Positions 54,013-64,000 of a DNA stretch of 64,000 nt are shown here, in pieces. The position numbers and the translations under genes are program-made. The stretch lies in contig NC_057718.1 of the NCBI RefSeq assembly GCF_004010195.1, forward strand, positions 43,585,970 through 43,649,969, in the 5' to 3' direction. This DNA comes from Chiloscyllium plagiosum. Its lineage: Eukaryota. The notes below the pieces were generated by a model. That model ran no database searches. It was given only the letters and a program-made list of their open reading frames with translations, and was not told where the DNA came from. Positions within the stretch are counted from its first letter, which is position 1; every line of letters starts with the position of its first letter.

Positions 54013-55058
54013 GTCATAGAGTCATAGAGATGTACAGCATGGAAACAGACCCTTCGGTCCAATCCGTCCATGCCGACCACATATCCCAACCCAATCTAGT
54101 CCCACCTACCAGAACCCGGCACATATCCCTCCAAATCCTTCCTATTCATATACCCATCCAAATGCCTCTTAAATGTTGCAATTGTACCAGCCTCCACCAC
54201 ATCCTCTGGCAGCTCATTCCATACACGTACCACCCTCTGTGTAAAAAAGTTGCCCCTTAGGTCTCTTTTATATCNNNNNNNNNNNNNNNNNNNNNNNNNN
54301 NNNNNNNNNNNNNNNNNNNNNNNNNNNNNNNNNNNNNNNNNNNNNNNNNNNNNNNNNNNNNNNNNNNNNNNNNNNNNNNNNNNNNNNNNNNNNNNNNNNN
54401 NNNNNNNNNNNNNNNNNNNNNNNNNNNNNNNNNNNNNNNNNNNNNNNNNNNNNNNNNNNNNNNNNNNNNNNNNNNNNNNNNNNNNNNNNNNNNNNNNNNN
54501 NNNNNNNNNNNNNNNNNNNNNNNNNNNNNNNNNNNNNNNNNNNNNNNNNNNNNNNNNNNNNNNNNNNNNNNNNNNNNNNNNNNNNNNNNNNNNNNNNNNN
54601 NNNNNNNNNNNNNNNNNNNNNNNNNNNNNNNNNNNNNNNNNNNNNNNNNNNNNNNNNNNNNNNNNNNNNNNNNNNNNNNNNNNNNNNNNNNNNNNNNNNN
54701 NNNNNNNNNNNNNNNNNNNNNNNNNNNNNNNNNNNNNNNNNNNNNNNNNNNNNNNNNNNNNNNNNNNNNNNNNNNNNNNNNNNNNNNNGCCTCCAGTCTG
54801 AAAAACAACCCTCCACCACCACCCTCTGTCTTCTACCTTTGAGCCAGTTCTGTATCCAAATGGCTAGTTCTCCCTGTATTCCATGAGATCTAACCTTGCT
54901 AATCAGTCTCCCAAGGGGAACCTTGTCGAAGTCCTTACTGAAGTCCATATAGATCACATCTACGCTCTGCCCTCATCAATCCTCTTTGTTACTTCTTCAA
55001 AAAACTCAATCAAGTTTGTGAGACATGATTTCCCACGCACAAAGCCATGTTGACTATC
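54013..55058 (-). mobile_element. Young CR1/HER1 LINE spanning an assembly gap
   Basis: IYMDFSKDFDKVP..GIQGELAIWIQNWL; the 3' tail is nearly identical to 45300-45550; gap at 54275-54788. Confidence 0.92.
54275..54788. other. Assembly gap (N run)
   Basis: Run of N inside a CR1 copy. Confidence 1.
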
Positions 55059-55077
55059 ATATTTATTTTGTATACAG

Positions 55078-55545
55078 GTGTTTCATAAAGTAACAGTCAA
55101 AGAGAGATCCTAAACAGTGACAGATTTGAAGCCCTACAGAACTTATAACTTCACAATCTCTGTTGGCAATTGGATTGAATGTGTTTAGATTAGATTACTT
55201 ACTGTGTGGAAACAGGCCCTTCGGCCCAACAAGTCCACACTGCCCCGCCGAAGCGCAACCCACCCATACCCCCTACATTTACCCTTTACCTAACACTATG
55301 GGCAATTTAGCATGGCCAATTCACCTGACCTGCACATCTTTGGACTGTGGGAGGAAACCGGAGCACTCGGAGGAAACCCACGCAGACACGGGGAGAACGT
55401 GCAAACTCCACACAGTCAGTCGCCTGAGGCGGGAATTGAACCCAGGTCTCTGGAGCTGTGAAGCAGCAGTGCTAACCACTGTGCCACCATGCTGCCCATT
55501 AATGTGTTACAAGTGAAATTAGCTCAGGCCAAACATTAGCTGCAG
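55078..55545 (+). pseudogene. USH2A: USH2A exon 20 remnant, split by an HE1 SINE
   Basis: tatacag|GTG. VFHKVTVKERS*TVTDLKPYRTYNFTISVGNWIECV (55078-55185) + TSEISSGQTLAA (55509-55545) = 145 nt, equal to the recalled human exon 20. TAA at 55111-55113; donor reads atatt. Confidence 0.92.
55186..55497 (-). mobile_element. HE1-type V-SINE inserted in USH2A exon 20
   Basis: Full head gggcagcatggtggcacagtggttagc, B box gggttcaattccc, (taatc)n tail. TSD att(g)aatgtgtt at 55174-55185 and 55498-55508. Confidence 0.93.
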
Positions 55546-56582
55546 ATATTATTAATTCATCTATCTTATTTACATCTAATGATTGATGTAAACATCTTTA
55601 AATTTTGATTCCTTGGTGGAGGTAAAGAAATTATTTTATATCTTGATATGTTCTACCTATATTATTATTGTACAATTCTGTAAATGTAGCACTTTATGAT
55701 AACTGCAAATTTCTCATTATACCAGTTAATGATATAATTTCAATGTTATTAGGAATAGTCATCCTGAAAATATAAGTATAACTGAGCTAAATTAAACAAG
55801 CTAGTCAGACTTAATTTGGAGCTTGAAATTTTAAAGAGAAAAGTAGTGTTAATTACAGCTTCATCAGCTGATTATGTGGAAACCTCTTTCGGTTTAGTGT
55901 AGCAAAATCAGGGAAATGTGTAAAATGTTTAGAAAACCAAGAACATTAACTAAACCATCTCAGACAACATAATCCAACATTATTTATAACCAGACATTAT
56001 TGGTCTGAATCTTTTAATTTGGGTTGTAATCCCCATTTCTGACTCACATCAGGTTAGAAGTTTTTTGGCGACCTTTGAAGAAGTGTTTTTGGTGATCTTC
56101 TGGGCTAGAAACCTTCTGAGCTAAAGCACTACAGGTGAGATCAGGACTCCTTGCAGCCACCCAGACAGCAGGTTTGCATGAAAACCATGTTCCCTTTTTC
56201 AAATATCGACTGTATTCTGCTGCTGAGAAGGTATACATGTAAGGCAAGCAAGGGGTAGGGTAATACTTGGATGTTGGGATAGATTACTTGGTGTATGAAA
56301 GGGTAGATGACAAGTGAGCAACGGGTCCAGTTTGTACATCATTAGGGATATAGGTAGCAGGTGGGTGAGTGGTATATGTGGTAGCTGGGCGGCGGGATAG
56401 CATGCCAGGGGTGTCAGGGATATATGTGGCAAGTGGGTGATGGATTCGAGTGCCAAGTGGGCATTGATTTAGATTGCCAGGGTGTCAAGGGAGTACAGGT
56501 AGCAGGTGAATAAAGTGAATAGGGTGCCACATTAGTGAGGGGTTAGTATGTCAGGTGAATGAGAGTTACAGGTGGCATGACT

Positions 56583-56829
56583 GAGAAAGTAATGTTACTT
56601 GCATGGGTAGCTGCCACTTGGATGAAGTTGTAGGGTGCTCATTGGATGAGGGAGTAAAGATTACATGTAGGAACGTCGAATCTCCTGTTCCCTGGATGCT
56701 GCCTGACCTGCTGTGCTGTTCCAGCAATAAAGTTTCAACCGAGAAAGTAATGTTACTTGCATGCGTAGCTGCCACTTGGATGAAGTTGTAGGGTGCTCAT
56801 TGGATGAGGGAGTAAAGATTACATGTAGG
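56583..56829 (+). repeat. 89-bp direct duplication flanking a 69-bp Penelope-derived fragment
   Basis: 56583-56671 and 56741-56829 differ at one base; the spacer 56672-56740 is aacgtcgaatctcctgttccctggatgctgcctgacctgctg... Confidence 0.92.
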
Positions 56830-57059
56830 TGAGGGGGTACATTTGGCAGGGGGTTTCAGTTTATGGTGACAGGTAAGTGGGTGAGGGTTTAGGGTACACC
56901 AGTGTTTGGTGCAATATCTTCATTTTGAATATCACTCAAATATCGGCTGTCTTATGAATTTACAACATTGAGAGGGATGATTTAACCTACATTGAAGTTT
57001 TGGTAAAACAATTCACAATTCATTGTCCGATCTGTACTTTTTGAAGAATTCACGAAGAT

Positions 57060-57850
57060 TGTGGTTCTGGGAAAGCTATTAGATATTAGTTTGTTAGTCT
57101 TTCAAATAGATTTTGACAAAACACTAAATAAAGAGCTTCTCAACCAGATTGAAGACTTTGATATTTGTGACAGGGTACTGCACTGGATTGAGAAAAGACT
57201 GGAAGATGTTGCACATATTCATAGGACTACAGGCAGTACTCAGTATCTACAAGCAGATCTATAATTTGATTGGCCCATGACTGTTAAATAAAGTTTACAA
57301 CAGAGATGTGAAGTGGTATGTTGGAAGGATTAATTGCTTTTATATAAACACATTGTTCAGGAAAAAGGGCGAACATTGAAGGAAAGAGATATGGGTGTTT
57401 TTATGTCTAGAACAGTAAAGGTCAAGACAAATTCTGGGAGACACTAGCCAGGGAAATTATGATACATTTACAGGATGATGCACAAAAAAACCCACAATAT
57501 TTTGTCCTTGCACAAAATCTTGGATAGTTTGCACTTACAATACTGTATCCAATACTGTACTGTTTCCTCACAATTTGAGTGATATTGAGGCTTTGGAAAG
57601 ATGCAGGGGCTGCAAGTGAGATTTCATGGTTATGTTTTGATTGCTTAAGAGAGTTAGCGACAAATATTGCTTATTTTAATATTCTTAACTGAACTGGGCT
57701 TTTTATCTGCTTTTTCCTCCTTCTAAGAAAAGTATCCAGCCTCTATGAGGGGTGGGAAACATATGTATTATGATGTAGAAGATATGACATTTATGTAGGA
57801 CAGTTGGATGAACTGATAGATCTTCCCTGTCCACATCTTTGTATGTGTTT
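57060..57850 (+). mobile_element. Very old CR1 LINE relic
   Basis: LDISLLVFQIDFDKTLNKELLNQIEDFDICDRVLHWIEKRL resembles CR1 RT D.IYLDFQKAFDKV.H.RL; ttacaatactgtatccaa resembles LEYC.Q. Confidence 0.6.
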
Positions 57851-57935
57851 GAAGTCCATCTCTGGGTTAAGCAGAGCATAGAAGTGACAAGCAGAAAAAT
57901 AATACGTACTACTTGCTAGATATAGTGGCCAGGAG

Positions 57936-58920
57936 TTACCAGTGGCTATCAAAGTAATATTTTGCCTTCAGATCCTTTTAAGAACTGTGGGACACACATC
58001 TGGAGACTTCTATTTGCCAGTCTGCAAAAACAATAAAACTGGTAGTGATGTTTGGCATTTCTAGCAATTATTTGAATCTTATCTGTAGCATTGTCAGTCA
58101 GCATGAGTAGGTACCTAGCTTTACAGTATTGGCTGGCTTTCTACTGATGGAGGTCACTGTCAATTGCACACAAATGACAAACTTTACAAAATAACCAGGA
58201 GAGTTTGTGAACTTTTAGACCTTTCACTACATTGACATTCAGCTCGCCTGCAATCATGGAAAGATCTTTCTGAAGGAGTGTGCAAGAGAGGTGTGGATTT
58301 TTTGCAATGGTTTAATCAAAAGACAATCACAATACCCTGGCATGTTGACGTCTATAAACACACTTAAAGATAAAATGAGAGATACCCATTCTAACATAGT
58401 AGGTGACATACAACAGATACCTGAACAGTGAAACCCAACAGTGTATATTGGGTAAATAAAATAAAATAGCTACAGTGAATTCTGTACTATCACAAGGTAT
58501 GTTCAAGCGGGATAAAGGGCTATGGGGAGCAGGCAGGAAAGTGTAGTTGAGACCAGGATAAGATCAGCTATGCTCTTGTTAAATGGTGGAACAGGCTCGA
58601 TGGGTTGAATTGCCTGCTCCCACTCCTAATTCCTATGTTCTATGTTCCTATTTTATTAAACAAACCATTGGTTTGCTTAAGTTACTCTTCAGGTACACAG
58701 ACTATTTTGCATGTAGCACCTCAGATCTCCAGAAGATTGCTTTATACAGCATTGCATAGTAGTGAGGTTTTAATCTGCAAGGAAAGTAAGGCAGCGATCA
58801 GAGATTATCAGTAATGATACTTAGGATGTGGAGGAAAAGGATGAGAATGATGATGAGGAGGAAGCTAGTGAAGCAGTACAGCATTAGCTGCTCGCATTGG
58901 TGCCAGGGACATTGTTATTA
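57936..58920 (+). mobile_element. PIF/Harbinger DDE transposase relic (HARBI1-like), with a CR1 tail inserted at ~58500-58650
   Basis: Ordered motifs LPVAIKV / FAFRSF* / LAGFLLMEVTVNCTQM / PGEFVNF*TFHYIDIQLACNHGKIFLKECAR / ISRRLLYTALHS / acidic tail..ARD match LPVA.KV, FASGSFQ, AGFP.V.G.IDCTHV, FVNRKGFHS.NVQLVCDH and CC.LHN. Confidence 0.75.
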
Positions 58921-60074
58921 TATCAAGTAGGCCTCATGGGTGAGAGTGGAAACACTTCATGTCTCTTTTTACAATTATCTCTCTCATGGACTAGCAAATA
59001 ACATGTAAGACCAAGATTAACCTACTTGCTATTCTATTTAAGTGACAGGCATTTTGGCATGCAGCGTATACCTGGCCTCAGTCGAGGTGGACATGGTCTA
59101 AGTGGATTGCAACCTTAGTTATTCCATGGAGATAGTCACTCTATCCATTGACTGGGAGATCATTGCAAGTAGGTGTTTCCATTCTGCCACCTATTGCAAA
59201 TGGTAGACTTTCATGTACATCATGTATTCAATTCTCCTTTTTGTCAATGGTTTCCAGAGTATAGCATCTGTACAGAATTCCACATCTTTGGAAAATACAT
59301 CCATATTTAGCAGCTATTCCCAACAATCCCCGCTCCACCCCACCCCCCACTCCCGACAAAATTTTAAATCCTATTGCTGCTCTTCTCATCATACTTTTCA
59401 TCAGATTTTAATGACTCCTATGCTACATTTGATAGAAATTACCTAGGCAAACTAGCCAGTCTATAATTTATTGATCTGGTTACCAGTTGGCACTCTGTTC
59501 TCCTTTTCCCATTAATCGCACAAAAAACTTTATGAAAAAGTCACAAATTTTGAGTGACTAAATCTTACAATGAAGTTGTAAATTGAATTTTGCAACAATC
59601 AATTTTATTAGATATTGTATAATAACTACATTTTCCCATTTTTTATCTATTAATATGTTGATTGAAATCTTAACTTGACGATTTCAGCTTGTTGCAAAAG
59701 TTGAGGTCTGGATGCGGCAGAAATTCAAAGTAAATGCAGAGAACATTTCCTGTGCTTGAATAATGACACCCCCAATTTTACTCCAGGTTTCAATTCAGTG
59801 GAATCAAATGGTGCAAATAGAGAGCCAATGAAGAGTAAACCAAATTTGAGTATTTCTGGTATTTTTGTGGCCTTCAAGTAGGTGAGGCTTTGAAGTTGTG
59901 AAATTAGGTATGTGGGGATGAGGATAGTGGGTGAGGTGGGAGGTGATGATGAATAGGAAATACAAAAATTTTTTCAGAACATAGGGGAGAAAAGTGGGAT
60001 TCCACTCTACTTTCAAGTCAGTACATTCCAAAAATTTGCTTTGTTGTCAGATAGCCCGAAGGTCAGGGTTTGTA

Positions 60075-60200
60075 GCTTGTTGTAGAAGCATCACGGCAAC
60101 TGCTAATAAAGTGGACACATCCTACATGATGTACTATTTGTGATCATGCACAAGTTGTACATTAACAGATTATATTCCTACGAATCATGAAGGCTGTTGA
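60075..60200 (-). mobile_element. Second PIF/Harbinger transposase fragment
   Basis: The minus strand reads SVNVQLVHDHK*YIM ... SCRDA (compare SLNVQLVCDH...GSCHDA). Confidence 0.6.
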
Positions 60201-61599
60201 CATGGGGAGAGTCTGCTAGAACCCAAGATCCCTATCTGCTACTTCTGGTTCTTCCTGGGACATATGAGGGAAATGTTTGTTGTATGAAATATTACACCAG
60301 TCACCATCTTAATTCTATCATAAAGTGTAGACTTACTGACATTATCCCATGTGGCAGCCAGGAAAGAGTTGGAGGCAAAGAATTAACTTTGACTGTGATG
60401 GCACGTGCTGTTTGAGCAGTGGGAACTAATTGAAGCCTTGTTGCTGCAAGTAACACAACTCTTTTGTATCTGCCTGAAATCTGTGCAGCCTTCCAATACA
60501 TTGCACTTTGTCAAGGAGCAAGTAGGTTGTCCTGGATCTGCATATTCTGTTAAGAGTTGTGCAAATACGCTATCTTCCACTTGCTGCATTTGCAGCTTCA
60601 GTTCTATTTCCTTCTCCTTCTCTTTCTAACATTACAAAGGTGCCTGGTATTTCAGAGAGTTCAGAATGTTCTACATCCATTAAAATTATCCAACTATTGA
60701 AGAAAGTTCTCTGAACTAGAAACCTGAATAATGACACTTATGGAATCCGATATACTAAGACTTGGACCTCATTTCAATGGAGTTCATGGACTGCAGACAG
60801 CAACAGGCAGCTGATTGGTGAAGTGCAATGGAAGAGCTTGTGTTCCTGTTGCTTGCAAGTAGGTGAGGAAATTGGGGAAAGCAGGAAATGGAAGTTTGAT
60901 TGAATTGAGAGGCAGTGATGGCTAGTGTTCAGAATAGATAGCCATTTTGCAGAGGTAGGGTGGAGAGGTATTGGTTGACAGGCAGGTAGCATGAATTGGG
61001 AACAGCATTGATTACCAGCAGTAGCTAGCAATCCCCCTGACCCTATCTACAGGCATATATATTTTAAAAGAATACTGTTGTTTACTACTTAAAGGTTGTT
61101 GAGGAACATTTATTTGGCTGTAGGTGGGTTTGATTTTGCTGAGTACAGCCTATGTTGGCTGCCTCAGAACAAACCTGTCAGACTTTTTAGTACCCAAAAA
61201 TAAAAAGTAACCACTGCTTCTAGTGTGTGCCAATAGAGTGCCTGCAGCTCTCTTGCACAAGTGGCTGATATGAATTAACAGAAACATTCGTGGTCCAACT
61301 TGCTTTCATCTATCAGGCAATATTCAGAGAATGGGGGAAGCACCAGCTGCCATGTGGAAAATTCCAGGCACCACTCAGAGAGTGCCTTAATAGCCCCTAT
61401 AATTGACCTTTTTTGCCACCCATTACTGTGGCAGGCCAGAAATATCCACTGTCCATAGAGCACTGCTTTAAAATTTGCTGAAGGCAGGATCATGCAGTAG
61501 ACTGGTGTGCTGGCTGTTGATACAAATTTGCTGGCAAATATGACTCCAAGCTGACCTTCGCACCTCTCCAGAAATCCAGCCCAAGGTATTCAGTGAAAG

Positions 61600-61832
61600 A
61601 ATTAAAGGCCTGATGAGTTTTTTTCCTCTGCAACGGCTTGTGATCTGGAATGTACTGCTTTAATGGGTGGTGAAAGTATATCCATTACTAACTTTCAAAC
61701 GGGAATTGGGGGAATACTTCAAGGGCAAAGTGACAGCAGAGGAAGCAAAGAGTGAGATAATTTGGATAACTCCACAAAGAACAGACACAAACATGAGGGG
61801 AAAATGGCCTCCTATGATTTTATGATTCTGTA
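61600..61832 (+). mobile_element. Old CR1 3' fragment
   Basis: gatctggaatgtactgctt..actttcaaacgggaattgg..gggaaaatggcctcct..tatgattct. Confidence 0.6.
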
Positions 61833-64000
61833 ATTTTGAAATACTTACCACAACATCAGCTTCAGAAATAAGAGAGTATCTTAGAAACAAATAGATATCT
61901 ATTAAGTTTGATAAAAGGCCAAATTGAAATGCTATGCAAGAAAGTTCCCATAAAATCTCATTTGAGTACATACATAAGTGGACTGAGTATTAGTCAAAAA
62001 AAAAGTATTAATCAAGAGACACTGTACACATTAGCCAGAGAGAGCCAGAGTCTATGCATGGCCAAACTTCTAAGTATTTTACATCAGCTGCCAAAATAAC
62101 ACAGTAATAGCACTTAAGTCAGGATGTCTTCCTCATTTTCAAAATGCAACCATTAGAAAGAGAGCTATCATTCTGTCTGAGTAGTTCAAGAATGATGAAG
62201 TTACCAGATTTTACTTAAGGAAGTCACACTCTGTACCCTGTATTTTCACTAACAATCTCCCATAGTTTCTGTTTTGCTGTGATAAGATTACATTCATGCA
62301 TAACTTAGTTGAGTAATTGTGCACTAAGTGCTATGTTGTATTATTTCTGTAGTATACAATTGATTATTGGTTGAATAATTAGCTTGAATTCCTAATTGAT
62401 TAAGTAATAAAGATTTAGTTTTGCATAAACAATGTATGATGACAATTTTTGAAATCAAATTGACACAGAATTTGATCTCCTTGCAATCCAAAATCAAAGC
62501 AACTAATTTTCAAATAGTTGTCTTTCTTACAAGAATATTATTTTTCTGCACAATGAATGCATTTTGTTGCTCTTGCCAAGAACAAGCTCTTCATTATAAC
62601 ATTCAGCGTCTGTAGGCACACTAAAAGAAGAAATAATTATGCAAATGCAATACTCCAGATTAATAAAACCACATTACTGAGCACCTTTGTTTCTGTCCTT
62701 CAATTAGTTTTCTGCTTTGAATTCAATTTCATTTGCGCATTAAACTACTGACTTGATGTATGGACTCATGAATCTAAGGATGTTGCCAGGAATTTAAAAA
62801 AATCAAAAATGTGCAGCAAGCAGTGGAAATCAGTTGAAATGAATTAGTTCCACCTTTGACTAGAACACTTGAACAGTGTTGGAATTCTCTGATGATTCAT
62901 CCTTGTTAATTATATGATCATTTATTTCAGGGAGATGGACACTGTTTCAGATGTAGTGGTACAGAATAATCTGAGGTATTTTAAGATGAAAGAAAGCAGA
63001 ATAATCCTTGAGCAATACAGTCATGGGTGAATTATATGGTTCTTTATACCTACACAAGAATAAAATTAAATATACTGTACATGTCACATAAATTTTAACT
63101 TTTAAAATGCATTATTTATATAACACAGGTTACATCAAAGATTTTTAATATTTCATTTTTCAAAATTAAAACTAGTCTACAGCTCAAAAAAAAATGCAGA
63201 AAGCAGTACACACAAAGGACACAAGATTCTACCACCCAAAAAAAGGGTGTCTCTATTCTCATGTGAAAAAAGGGATGGAATTTCCTTTTTTGATTAACTG
63301 AATAGGGTGTCAGGCCAAAATAATTTAAATTCCCCAAAGTTGGCTTGTTAAGAGGACTAAAACAAAACTGGACTTCATTTGGTTTCATTAAGAATTCCCA
63401 GAAAATTATATATTCTGCTGCACACCAAAAACAAACATACTCCAAAGAATAGCTTAAAACAAACCTAAGTATTTACTGTATACCATAATGCAATTGTAAA
63501 CATGTTGAATTTGACTGGTTGGATTCAAGTCCAGCTGAACTGCTCCAAAAAATCCAAACTACATCTGGTGAAATCAGTTCTACTTTACTTCTAAATTCAT
63601 ACAGAATTAGCCCCAACTCTACTGATAGAGCTGACATCTTAGAAGATATCACAGTGAAATCCAGTTATAGAACTTAATAAGTTCTAATCTTTTTTTTTAA
63701 ATATGTCAAACAGTTATATAGAGGTCACACTTTAGGCAAATTTTTCATCCATTTCAATATATTGCATTTGGTATCATTATATACTTTACTTTTTATAAAT
63801 AATTCACAGACATAAATGCACACACTTTTGTTGAGAGCATTATGTTTGATATTTGCGCATTTATAAAATAGTGCTATATTATCATATGTGAACGTGAATA
63901 TGTAAAGAAGTACTAGAGATATCCATGTGACCATTTGCTTTTGGGCATTGCAGTCATCTGAATTCCATCTTCTAAAACTTGGTGCTTTTATAGTAAAGAA

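Larger units (their letters stand above)
7389..55545 (+). pseudogene. USH2A: Usherin (USH2A) non-processed pseudogene segment, exons homologous to human exons 12-20 with introns
   Basis: Nine collinear exon remnants translate to laminin-EGF and FN3 peptides matching human usherin in order and phase. Exons 13-20 carry stops, frameshifts, splice-site mutations and TE insertions. Upstream and downstream exons are not seen in the window. Confidence 0.93.

Noticed and set aside
54250..54808. 183-229 aa ORFs in the track
   Set aside because: Artefacts of translating the N gap.
55430..55497. tRNA gene
   Set aside because: It is the tRNA-derived head of an HE1 SINE, continuous with the V-domain and LINE tail; the same holds for the other HE1 heads.
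62848..62975. Possible USH2A exon 21 remnant (PPLTRT/LNS and FQGDGHC versus recalled PPLVKGINS and FIGNGYC)
   Set aside because: The two short matches are about half the expected distance apart, with no similarity between them and no proper acceptor; they may be chance.
1..64000. Prokaryotic systems (CRISPR arrays, operons, defence islands) or NUMTs
   Set aside because: No regularly spaced repeat-spacer array, no dense ORFs and no mitochondrial gene similarity; the DNA is CpG-depleted vertebrate intron.

Overview
Vertebrate genomic DNA, almost certainly from an elasmobranch (shark or ray). It is full of HE1-type V-SINEs, CR1/HER1 LINEs, Penelope-like retroelements, a Deu-domain SINE and PIF/Harbinger relics. 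There is no intact multi-exon gene. The + strand from 7389 to 55545 holds nine collinear exons homologous to exons 12-20 of usherin (USH2A; laminin-EGF repeats followed by FN3 repeats), with the human exon phases and near-human lengths (human sequence and exon sizes recalled from memory, not aligned by a tool). Exons 13-20 are wrecked by stops, frameshifts, lost cysteines, mutated splice sites and two retroelements inserted inside exons with target-site duplications (TSDs), so this is a non-processed USH2A pseudogene. Exon 12 alone is open, correctly flanked and about 85% identical to human. The Penelope-derived repeats carry minimal hammerhead-ribozyme cores and form fold-back structures, an 87-bp ribozyme-only insert, and an insert with an 89-bp target duplication. 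There are two assembly gaps (29840-29878, 54275-54788). Almost all entries in the ORF track are spurious or repeat-derived.
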